Of a DNA stretch of 64,000 nt, positions 30,487 through 39,567 are shown in pieces. Origin of the DNA: a virus (Duplodnaviria; Caudoviricetes). Within the stretch, counting starts at the first letter, position 1; each line of letters opens with the position of its first letter. Made by a program: the position numbers and the translations under genes. The stretch covers positions 64,001 through 128,000 of the IMG/VR virus record IMGVR_UViG_3300028591_000005, one strand, 5' to 3'. A model generated the notes under the pieces. It worked only from the letters and a program-made list of their open reading frames with translations. It was not told the origin of the DNA and did not search any database.

Positions 30487-32892
30487 TTATTTCTTAATAT
30501 AAATATAACCAGATGATAAACCATTAAGTTCTGTTAAATTATACCAACTATGTCTTACTGTACTACCGACAGTACCACAATGTGAACCAACTTCTCCTTC
30601 ATTTGTTACTTGAAGCTGATCAAAATATGTTTTAAAACAGATTCTATATAATTTACCACTTTCAAATCTACTACTTCCATGAAGAACAATTTTCTCAACT
30701 CTTACTCCTGGGTCAGGATAATTATTTTCATTATAGTTAGCAATAGTATAGGTTTTACCATCAGATAACCTAACTTGAGAGACTTCAGGATGCCAATCTC
30801 CAGTTACGCTAAATGCACTTTCTTCAAAAGCATCATATTGAACATCAAATTTAGTAGAGGCAGTCTCATTGGTATATGATTCCCATGTATATCCACCATG
30901 ACCATTAGGTGTTCCTATTTCATATGTAAGTCCAATTTTAACAGATTTTGGATCGAATCCTTCAAAATATGTATAAAATACCATTTCAGAGCCATTAAAA
31001 ATATAAGGACTTCCCATACTATAAGCACTATTTTCAAATATGTATGTATTTGAATTAATTCTTTCTTGTCTAAGATTAAGAATAGCGCCAGTTACTTCGG
31101 GAATATAGCCAGTTGAGCAAGTATTAATGCCTACATCAACGATTGCATTTAAATTTGAATCCCATACATCTAATTGAAGTTTTATATCATAGAACTTATC
31201 TAAGTCAAAAATGGAGGCTTCATCTTTAACCATTTTGACCATTTCATAATCACCAATATTACCAAAGTTAGGGCAAGTACCAACAACATATGAATGCCAT
31301 GTACTTTCTCCTCTAGCTCTATAATAAAGAGTAGTCCAATATGATAACATAGGTTCTTGGTCTGCAGAATCTACATGATAACCTTTATTTTCAAGAGCCG
31401 TTTTAAGTGCGGCGATGAACTCAGGAGTCATTTTACCAAGCCTAAATGCTTCAGTACCTCTACGAAAACCGCCACCGTCGATAATGAATGGAGGAGGTGA
31501 TGGAGGTGCAGCAGTAATTTTTATAACATCCCAATTAATATCTTGTCCTTGATAATCATAATATGACCAATTTTCAATTTCATAGGGATGATTTCTAAGT
31601 CTATTATTACCAACAGTAGGACAATGATAAGAAAGATTGTTATCTGATAAATCACCTTGGTGAGTACTTACCGTAATAACATATAAATCTTGTGTAATAT
31701 CTTGTGCTAAGGTTACTTGAACACTAGGTATACCAGTAGTTATTTCAAAAGCATTAACATATGCGGATGCATCTGTTCCATCTGCAAATCTATAGTAATA
31801 TTTTACAGTAGAAGCATCTACAAAAAATGTATCATATGCTGCTCCTAATACTCTAGGATATGTATGATCTCCAAGGCTAACAAGAACAGATTGATATGCG
31901 GTTCCCGCACGACCTTGAGCACCACCATTTGAAATAAAACTAGAATCAAGTGTTGAAATACCAATACCTGATAATGTAGTAAATTTACATTCTAAAGCAC
32001 GTCTAACATTAATAGTTAAAGTTTTTGTATCAACTAAATATGAAACAATACCAGTAGCAGGATCTGTTACAGATTTAACAGCTTTAAATGTATATGTTTG
32101 ATTAACTTTTGCCTTATCAAATGCTTCACAAGTAATAGGGAAGATATTTGTACCATTATCTATATATGTGCATTTTACGTCTCCACCAGCAGGACCAGTC
32201 ATTGAGAAGGTTGTATTAGATGGATCAAAGTTATAAACCGTAGCATTGAATGTAAATGAAGCTCCATTTGCATTATTTTGACCTGGCTCAAGAAATACCT
32301 CATAATTAGTACTTCCTCTTGTTGGAGGTATATCAAATACTATAATAGGTGCAGCACTATTAACACCTACAGCATCTGCTATAAAATTACGATTTCTTGA
32401 AGTAGCTGCGGTAACTGCATGATAAGTTCTTTCATTTACATCGAAATCAATAGATATGTCTACAGTTCGATTATTTTTAAAATTTGAATAAAATTTTACA
32501 CCTGTAACATTAGATGCTAAAATTCCATTTCCTATTGTATCTCCCGTATTTGATTTTGCAAGATACATAAGGTTTCCATCAAGTTTATACACATTTACAG
32601 TAATAATTCTACCATCTTCATAATGTGTAATCTCTAGAGTTTCAGATTCACCCTCATCAGGAGTTACTGCTTCTGCATCTATTAACCAATCGCATATAAG
32701 GTTAGATGCAAGTTGTGCTTCCTCTTGTACATTTACTTCAGCGCTATTTCGAGTATAGCTTCTTGAAGTGACATACATTGCACCGCTTATTGCTATTCCA
32801 ACCGTAGCAAAAATAGCCATAGATACAATTAATTCAATAAGTGACATTCCTCTAATATTATGAATTAATCCTTTTATCTTTTTCATGTTCAA
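30487..32892 (-). CDS. Large prepilin-type N-terminal cleavage/methylation protein (PilW/PulJ-like)
   Basis: Basic leader, then G|MSLIELIVSMAIF (Glu at +5), then a hydrophobic helix. Confidence 0.8.
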   Translation of the reverse strand: MNMKKIKGLIHNIRGMSLIELIVSMAIFATVGIAISGAMYVTSRSYTRNSAEVNVQEEAQLASNLICDWLIDAEAVTPDEGESETLEITHYEDGRIITVNVYKLDGNLMYLAKSNTGDTIGNGILASNVTGVKFYSNFKNNRTVDISIDFDVNERTYHAVTAATSRNRNFIADAVGVNSAAPIIVFDIPPTRGSTNYEVFLEPGQNNANGASFTFNATVYNFDPSNTTFSMTGPAGGDVKCTYIDNGTNIFPITCEAFDKAKVNQTYTFKAVKSVTDPATGIVSYLVDTKTLTINVRRALECKFTTLSGIGISTLDSSFISNGGAQGRAGTAYQSVLVSLGDHTYPRVLGAAYDTFFVDASTVKYYYRFADGTDASAYVNAFEITTGIPSVQVTLAQDITQDLYVITVSTHQGDLSDNNLSYHCPTVGNNRLRNHPYEIENWSYYDYQGQDINWDVIKITAAPPSPPPFIIDGGGFRRGTEAFRLGKMTPEFIAALKTALENKGYHVDSADQEPMLSYWTTLYYRARGESTWHSYVVGTCPNFGNIGDYEMVKMVKDEASIFDLDKFYDIKLQLDVWDSNLNAIVDVGINTCSTGYIPEVTGAILNLRQERINSNTYIFENSAYSMGSPYIFNGSEMVFYTYFEGFDPKSVKIGLTYEIGTPNGHGGYTWESYTNETASTKFDVQYDAFEESAFSVTGDWHPEVSQVRLSDGKTYTIANYNENNYPDPGVRVEKIVLHGSSRFESGKLYRICFKTYFDQLQVTNEGEVGSHCGTVGSTVRHSWYNLTELNGLSSGYIYIKK

Positions 32893-32905
32893 CTCCTTTA
32901 TTTAA

Positions 32906-34168
32906 TTATAATTTTTGTGCTAACTTTGCAATCTCCGATCTATAAATATTTTCAAGTCTTACTTCTCCATAGAAAGGAGCGCCTTTAAATATTTCACTAA
33001 CTCGTTTCATACCATTATGAGAACCAGCATATAAAGCCATATCAACTTGTGCATCATCATCACCATCAATGATACATATACTGTCTTCTCCAATACGTTG
33101 AAGAGCTAATCTCATAAGTTCAACATCAAGATTTTGAGCTTCTGAGATATAAATTGCGGCATTCATTCCAGTAGTATCATAACCACGGATATCGCTCATT
33201 GGAAGAAGAATTAACTTTCCATCAGCAATTAATCTTTCTACTTCAACTCTATCACCAAGTTTACTTTCAAGAAGATTTCCAATTTGAGAATCAAGAAGTT
33301 TCTCGGTGCGGGAGCCAGGATAGAAACCTAATTTAGCTGAACCTCTGGTAGCAACAGTATTACAGAAAATAATTATTTTGTCAATTTCACCATGTTCTAG
33401 AAGTGAGAACATATGGCCGAAAGCCAAGTAACTTTTACCGGTTCCCGCATGACCTTTAAGCATAGTAATCTGATTACTATTTAAACTATCTAAAGCAAGT
33501 TGCTGATAAGGATCGCCATTCTTTGGTACTATTTTACCAAACATTTTTGATTCAGCCTTTTGGAAAGTTATAGGTTGATATACTCCATTTTTCCATTTAT
33601 ATTTATCTACTACTTTACCATCAGGAGTTTTTATAATAATATATTGATTTTCTAATAATTCAAATTTATTTTCATTATCAGCATAAGAAATATAAAAATC
33701 CGCTAAATCTTCTTCAGATAAAATTAATTCTTTAACTCCAGTGTACTCTTCTTTTGTTGAGGCCTGCGATGGACTAGTTTGAAGACCTAATGTTTTAGCA
33801 ATTAGCCTACAAACAATATCATCACTAACAAAAAGAATTTCCATATTTAATGTTTTTTGGCAATTAAAAGCAGATAGTATGATTCTTGAATCATTATTTT
33901 TAATTAAATTATATTTATTTAAATCTTCTTCAATTTCATTATTATAAAGATAAATTTTAAATTTATCTTTATTTTCTTCAGCATTTAATAATTGACTAAG
34001 TTTTCTTGCCTTTACTTTAATTTCTTCATCTTTTGTATATGAATTTTTAATTTCTTCAAGTTCATTAATTGATATACTTGAAATAACAAATTCATTTTCA
34101 AAAATAGCCTGTTGCAATTCCAACAGGCTACAGGTATCATAAAACTTTATCATATAAAAGTTATCCAC
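32906..34168 (-). CDS. phoH: PhoH family protein with N-terminal PIN domain
   Basis: YDTCSLL, EELE-like, NDSRI and VSDD PIN motifs; GHAGTGKS, LGFYPG, IRG, EAQN and DGD..Q.D. Confidence 0.88.
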   Translation of the reverse strand: MDNFYMIKFYDTCSLLELQQAIFENEFVISSISINELEEIKNSYTKDEEIKVKARKLSQLLNAEENKDKFKIYLYNNEIEEDLNKYNLIKNNDSRIILSAFNCQKTLNMEILFVSDDIVCRLIAKTLGLQTSPSQASTKEEYTGVKELILSEEDLADFYISYADNENKFELLENQYIIIKTPDGKVVDKYKWKNGVYQPITFQKAESKMFGKIVPKNGDPYQQLALDSLNSNQITMLKGHAGTGKSYLAFGHMFSLLEHGEIDKIIIFCNTVATRGSAKLGFYPGSRTEKLLDSQIGNLLESKLGDRVEVERLIADGKLILLPMSDIRGYDTTGMNAAIYISEAQNLDVELMRLALQRIGEDSICIIDGDDDAQVDMALYAGSHNGMKRVSEIFKGAPFYGEVRLENIYRSEIAKLAQKL

Positions 34169-34220
34169 CTTTCATAGAAATATTTTAATTCAAGAATATT
34201 TCATTTTTATTTAGAATATA

Positions 34221-34634
34221 TTAACTTTTCTTGTCTTTTAAAATCTGATTTGTCTTCTCAAGAGCCTTGAGTCTTGCTTTAATAGTTTTCTTAACTATAT
34301 TTATATCTTCTTCGATAGCTTTAAGATTCTTAAGCCTGCGATTAAGTTGACGATACATAGCCTTAGCAGTTCCATCTTCTTTATTGAAATTTTTATACTG
34401 TTCAACTATAGCAATAAACTTCTGTATTTCTTCAATTTTTCTTTTCTCTATTTTATATTCATATTTAAGAGCTTTAAGAGTTGCTCTCAGCTCTGCAAAC
34501 TTACAACCGATATAATCAGACCAAGTATCATCAGAATGACAAACAGCAAATCCTGCAAATTCTTTTCCTTTATGCTCAATTATAACCTCAGACATTCGTA
34601 TTTCTTTATATACACGACTATCAATAAATTTCAT
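34221..34634 (-). CDS. Hypothetical protein
   Basis: G.AVCHSDD..S.YIG..AE.RA motif followed by a coiled coil. Confidence 0.65.
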   Translation of the reverse strand: MKFIDSRVYKEIRMSEVIIEHKGKEFAGFAVCHSDDTWSDYIGCKFAELRATLKALKYEYKIEKRKIEEIQKFIAIVEQYKNFNKEDGTAKAMYRQLNRRLKNLKAIEEDINIVKKTIKARLKALEKTNQILKDKKS

Positions 34635-34646
34635 ATTATTTCCTTT

Positions 34647-35534
34647 CTATATATCTTCTATTTTAGAAAAAATATATTCTTCATTTATCTGTTCTTTTTC
34701 TAAATAAGAAAATCTTATTAAATGAATATTATTATTTTTACAATATTCATTTTTTATTTTATCTTTATTTTGACGATTTTTTAAACCTATTTCTCCTCCC
34801 CAATAAGGTATCTCTTTAAAATGTTGTTCTCCATCATATTCAATGCAAATATTATAATCAGGAAGATAAAAATCAAATCGTAAATTTTTATTATCTTTAC
34901 AATCATTAAATATTTTTTCTTTAATATAAGAAATATTTAAATTTTGTAAAATTTTTTCAATTTTACTATTCATAATTGAATTTAAACATCCACATGATTG
35001 AACTCTATTATGAGTTAAAGCATAACTAGAAACAATTTTTGTTCCTCCACATTCACATTCACACAACCATAAAGTTCCTTCATGATTAGATTCGTTTAAT
35101 TGTTTCAATACAGTTAATTTTCCAAATTTTTGATTTACTAAATTTTGTTTTGGTATAAATCTACTTTCTCTTTGTAAACATCCACAAGATTTAGTATGTC
35201 CAGTTCTTAAATCATGAGATGATTTATAACAAATATTACCACAATCACACAAACATTTCCAAATAATTGAAGAACCAGATCTTTTTAATGTGGGTTCTAA
35301 AACAATAAGTCGTTCAAAACGTTGATTAGTTAAATCTATCATATTATTTTGTCTTCTACTACAAGATAAACATTTAGTAATTGTTCCATTTCTTAGTTCT
35401 TTTCCTTGAACAATTCTAAAATTACCACATGTACATTGACATTTCCACATGGCATGACCATCTTTTGAATTTTCTACTCTTTCTAATACTGTTAAAGAAC
35501 CAAAAGTTTGACCTGTTATATCTATAACTTTCAT
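34647..35534 (-). CDS. Putative homing endonuclease (Cys-rich repeats + Vsr/EDxHD-like domain)
   Basis: Three WxCxCxCG..SCG repeats and FDFY..IEYDGEQH; same family as 24080 and 63410. Confidence 0.75.
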   Translation of the reverse strand: MKVIDITGQTFGSLTVLERVENSKDGHAMWKCQCTCGNFRIVQGKELRNGTITKCLSCSRRQNNMIDLTNQRFERLIVLEPTLKRSGSSIIWKCLCDCGNICYKSSHDLRTGHTKSCGCLQRESRFIPKQNLVNQKFGKLTVLKQLNESNHEGTLWLCECECGGTKIVSSYALTHNRVQSCGCLNSIMNSKIEKILQNLNISYIKEKIFNDCKDNKNLRFDFYLPDYNICIEYDGEQHFKEIPYWGGEIGLKNRQNKDKIKNEYCKNNNIHLIRFSYLEKEQINEEYIFSKIEDI

Positions 35535-35600
35535 ATTAAATCTCCTTTAAAATATATTTTTCTATTAAATATTAATTTTAGAAGAGATAAATTAATGATG

Positions 35601-36161
35601 CTAAACCGGTTGACTATTATAATATTTTTTAATTTCATTAATAATATCATCTATTAACCAAAGATGCATATTATTTGTATCTAATTCGACATGAAATATT
35701 ATTCCTTTATCCATATCACAAAATTTATTTTTATCATGTCGATGTCCACATAAATTAATTATTTTTGCTTTTAGAGGTTTATCGTCATCATAATTACTTG
35801 TTAAACAAGGATAATGAGATAAATAAAAATGATATTGATTATATTGAAAAAATTGACCTTCAGTTATTTCAACTATATTATAACAAGTATTATATAAATT
35901 CATACGGACGTCGCTATCATGATTTCCTCTAACTACATGAATATTTCCTTTAAGCTGTTTAATAAGACGAATACCTTCTTCATTATTGTTAAGCATTAAA
36001 TCTCCAAGACAATAAACATGGTCATCAGGTTCAACAACAGAATTCCAATTATAGAGAATTGCATTATTCATTTCATAAACAGAATTAAATCCACGAGGTT
36101 CATATATAAATGGTTTATTATGGAATAAATGGAGGTCGCTCGTAATCCATATATCAGACAT
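35601..36161 (-). CDS. Metallophosphoesterase
   Basis: SDLHLFH, LGDL, GNHD, SHYP and GHRH motifs. Confidence 0.88.
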   Translation of the reverse strand: MSDIWITSDLHLFHNKPFIYEPRGFNSVYEMNNAILYNWNSVVEPDDHVYCLGDLMLNNNEEGIRLIKQLKGNIHVVRGNHDSDVRMNLYNTCYNIVEITEGQFFQYNQYHFYLSHYPCLTSNYDDDKPLKAKIINLCGHRHDKNKFCDMDKGIIFHVELDTNNMHLWLIDDIINEIKKYYNSQPV

Positions 36162-36678
36162 TATTATTCTCCTTAATTACAATTTCACCATTTGAATATA
36201 TTACAATAATTTTATCAAAACCCTCATCAAAACTGGGATTTCTAAAATGTTCATACATATTTTCAATTACATCACGAGGAACGTATGAACGAGTATTTTT
36301 TCTTTTTTCATTCTGACGAATACAGGTATCTACTCCATTGCGGAGAACAACAGCAATAACTTCACAATCTTTCAAACTATCCCCTAATTTGCGGAGAAGC
36401 TTGGTACGAGATCCTGAATTGATATGCGTAGCATCAGCAATGGTGGCTTCCGCATTTTTTAATCCATCTTTTATTTCATCAATAAATTTATTAAATACTT
36501 CAGTTTCATGCGAGAAGTATTCTTCATCTTCTTTTACTATTGAGAAACGAATATCATCTCTAGATACATATTTCACATCGTCGCCGAACATAGTAAGATG
36601 ATTCTTGCAGAACGTGCTTTTGCCTGTTCCTGGCACTCCACAAATAACGTACAGTTTATTCTTCATAGATATCAACAC
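36154..36678 (-). CDS. AAA_33 polynucleotide-kinase-like P-loop protein
   Basis: CGVPGTGKST, SRDDIR, DATH and RQNEKR..VP. Confidence 0.8.
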   Translation of the reverse strand: MLISMKNKLYVICGVPGTGKSTFCKNHLTMFGDDVKYVSRDDIRFSIVKEDEEYFSHETEVFNKFIDEIKDGLKNAEATIADATHINSGSRTKLLRKLGDSLKDCEVIAVVLRNGVDTCIRQNEKRKNTRSYVPRDVIENMYEHFRNPSFDEGFDKIIVIYSNGEIVIKENNNV

Positions 36679-36955
36679 CTTCTCTCATAAGCTTATCTCT
36701 AAGTTGACCATAGGTCATTTTTCTTTGCTGATTTTCGTCAAAATTTCCATATTTAAATTCAATTTGGAAATCTTCTTTTGTATATTTTGAACCAACTATA
36801 CATTCAGCATGATTAGTTTCCGCATTACATTTAAGACACCAAAGTTTTTTCAAGTGTCCTGCTCCACGTTCTTTACCTGTCTGACGAACAACAGGAATAC
36901 CTTTGCATCCACATTTACAGCAATAAAATTCCTCACCTACAATCAATTTTCCCAT
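36656..36955 (-). CDS. Zn-ribbon hypothetical protein
   Basis: CCKCG..GHLKKLWCLKC. Confidence 0.65.
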   Translation of the reverse strand: MGKLIVGEEFYCCKCGCKGIPVVRQTGKERGAGHLKKLWCLKCNAETNHAECIVGSKYTKEDFQIEFKYGNFDENQQRKMTYGQLRDKLMREGVDIYEE

Positions 36956-37276
36956 TAATAAATATCTCCTAATTTATTATAAATAGTTGCTCTTAAAGAA
37001 TTAATATCATTAGAATTTATTCCAAGTGTTTCAGCAGCTTCATCAAGAATTGTTAATGCAAAAGCGAGTCTCATAACAGGATTAAAACTCATTATTTTAG
37101 TATACATCGCTTCAAAATCATTGAAATATTTTTCTTCAAATTCTTCATAAGTCATAATAATATACTCCTTTTTAAATAAAATCTTTTTTACTATATATAC
37201 ATTATATAATATTTTTTAAAAAAAGTCAAAAAAGAGCGGCGGTCCAGTCCAAAGAGTCTTGAACCGAGGCCGCCGC

Positions 37277-37504
37277 TTACATATATTGCTGTATAAATTC
37301 TTTAAATTTAATAGCATCTTCGGGATATTCAACTGATATTCCTTGAGATACATCAATTGACATATTACCCATTAATGATTTACCATCTACTTTATAAGCT
37401 CCTCTTGATACAATTACATCACCATCTACAAAAGAAGCCTGTTGAGTAAATTTGATAATATCATTAATTCCTTGTAACGTAATAAAACTTTTAATCATTC
37501 CCAT
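37277..37504 (-). CDS. HPr-like protein lacking His15
   Basis: VDGKSLMG (Ser46 signature); no His in the sequence. Confidence 0.75.
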   Translation of the reverse strand: MGMIKSFITLQGINDIIKFTQQASFVDGDVIVSRGAYKVDGKSLMGNMSIDVSQGISVEYPEDAIKFKEFIQQYM

Positions 37505-37529
37505 ATTCTCTTTCCTTTCTTTTGTTTAC

Positions 37530-38216
37530 TTATTCTAACAGCAAACCTCCCCATTGCTCGGCTATAGCTTTAGCAATACCAGGAAAAGTTTTACTTCTTA
37601 ATTTACTTCTTTCTTCTTTTGATAATTTCCATGCATCAGCATACCATGCCGGCATAGTTTTACCTGAAGCAAACTCTTTTCTTGCAGGAGGTTCTACTTG
37701 ATTGGTAGGAGTTAATTTGGGTAAATTCTTCATCCATAAGCAAGTTTTCTTTTCAAAAGGATCACCGAACATATAAGGCTGAATAATCTGATCAGGTTTG
37801 CGGTAATGAGAATTCATATAACCAATAGGATTCTCAATTGCAATTTTATCACAATCCGCATTAACAAAAGCCATAAAGAATTCTGCTGCTTCTTCTCTAT
37901 CTTTAATTCTTTTAAGTGCTTTTTCACCATATTTTTCTACATTAAACCAGCGATTACCAGTTACTGTAAGATAGGTACATGGCGGATGTGCTATAATTAA
38001 ATCCCATTTTCCTTCAATTGAATGTTCAGTACCATCAGCAGTAGTAAAGGTACAGTCACCATTTAATAGCGGCAATACATCAGACTTAATATGCCATTCA
38101 GGATGACCGCCTGAACAATCTATAATATCGCAACTGTATGCTTCCAAACCCAATGCCCGCATTTCAGTTGCTACTGCTTGTGATTCTTCACATGCTATTA
38201 ATACATTTTTACCCAT
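37530..38216 (-). CDS. DNA cytosine methyltransferase-like protein
   Basis: VLIACEESQ, AHPPCTYL (PC motif), IENP and RSKTFPG. Confidence 0.7.
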   Translation of the reverse strand: MGKNVLIACEESQAVATEMRALGLEAYSCDIIDCSGGHPEWHIKSDVLPLLNGDCTFTTADGTEHSIEGKWDLIIAHPPCTYLTVTGNRWFNVEKYGEKALKRIKDREEAAEFFMAFVNADCDKIAIENPIGYMNSHYRKPDQIIQPYMFGDPFEKKTCLWMKNLPKLTPTNQVEPPARKEFASGKTMPAWYADAWKLSKEERSKLRSKTFPGIAKAIAEQWGGLLLE

Positions 38217-38319
38217 ATAATCTCCTTTTGTTTCATATCACTAATAGGGATAGAAAATAATCTATCCCTATTAGAATATTTAAGTTTTATTTTGGAACAT
38301 TTTATATCATTTGACCTTA

Positions 38320-39567
38320 TCATCCATGATACTTGATAAGGAATTCATTAGACACAGCCTTGAAGCTCTGAACTCCGTCTACAGATCTGAATACAAGACC
38401 TTCTCTCATACCACCATCTATAGCAGACTTATCAGTTGCTATCTCAAGAAGCTCTTCAACAGTATCGGGAAGTATGAAATGCTCATCTACTATTGGTACG
38501 CAAGGAACATCATATTGCACCATAAGGTCAGTCATCTCTCTAGGATTCAGTCTCTTTCTTCTACCATCCTTGTATCCAACAATTACATTGAATACAGCGA
38601 GGTCATGCTCCTTAAGAGAATAATCTCTCTTCTGAACACCTTCACCATAAGTCTCGCCCTGAACAGTAACAAAATCAATATTTCCTTCGGTATTCTCGAA
38701 GTACTCCATAAGCATTGAAAGTACATCTTCCATATGATATTTTTCTGCCATTTCAACATATACATTAGTATCATAATAGCACTGCTTGTCAGGTCTATCA
38801 AATACAACATTTCTTGAGCAAACGAAGAACTGTCTCTTTCTTCCCCAACCTCTCATAGTGAAAGTAGTTGAAGTTCCATCTATCTTTTCAGTTGCAAACC
38901 ACTCGGATTTGTCCTTGAGGATTTGAGGCATATTCTGGACTCTTTCCTCGTCAGTCTTTACAACCCATGAAGGCCAGGTTTTAACATCTTTCTTCTTGCC
39001 AAACAGAAGAAGGAATATCTTTCTTGCCCACTTATGTTTCTTTATAAATCTACCAAACTTTCTTGCTATCCAGGGATGTCTAGTAAATGCAGCATTTATT
39101 CTAGCATCAGGATTGGGCTTACCCTTTCTCTTCTGATCTTCAGGCTCATAATAAGTTACACTAAGTTGCTGAGTAAGGAAAGCAGATTCAGTTCCAGGGC
39201 GATATTGATGACCTTCCTTATCATATATGTAATTAAACTCATCAGTATAAGCAACAAACCAACCAAAATCTGCGGCAGGCATAAGAAGCCCCTGAGACCA
39301 GAACTGTCCGTCAGGAGTCTTAAACTTCTGAGTCTTGATATGTCCCTTATATTTCTTACAAAATTCAAATATAGGGTTATCAAGCGGAACCTGGCTATCT
39401 ATTTCAAAATATATTCCAGGGTCGCCTGCCTTAAATGCGCCCTTTGGAACCATACAAGTCCATCCACCAACCCTTGCACATTCAACTCTATCCTTACCTG
39501 CTATAGGCTCTACTGAATCAACAGTAACGACATAAGCAAGTTCTCTTATTCCATCCTTATTAAGCAT
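38320..39567 (-). CDS. ATP-dependent RNA ligase (DRB0094/Rnl family) with N-terminal OB-fold
   Basis: EKIDGTS (motif I), CSRN, QGETYG, REGLV and SFKAVS; N-terminus RELAYVV..IAGKDRVE..V.GW..V.KG.F..G...YFEIDS. Confidence 0.85.
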   Translation of the reverse strand: MLNKDGIRELAYVVTVDSVEPIAGKDRVECARVGGWTCMVPKGAFKAGDPGIYFEIDSQVPLDNPIFEFCKKYKGHIKTQKFKTPDGQFWSQGLLMPAADFGWFVAYTDEFNYIYDKEGHQYRPGTESAFLTQQLSVTYYEPEDQKRKGKPNPDARINAAFTRHPWIARKFGRFIKKHKWARKIFLLLFGKKKDVKTWPSWVVKTDEERVQNMPQILKDKSEWFATEKIDGTSTTFTMRGWGRKRQFFVCSRNVVFDRPDKQCYYDTNVYVEMAEKYHMEDVLSMLMEYFENTEGNIDFVTVQGETYGEGVQKRDYSLKEHDLAVFNVIVGYKDGRRKRLNPREMTDLMVQYDVPCVPIVDEHFILPDTVEELLEIATDKSAIDGGMREGLVFRSVDGVQSFKAVSNEFLIKYHG

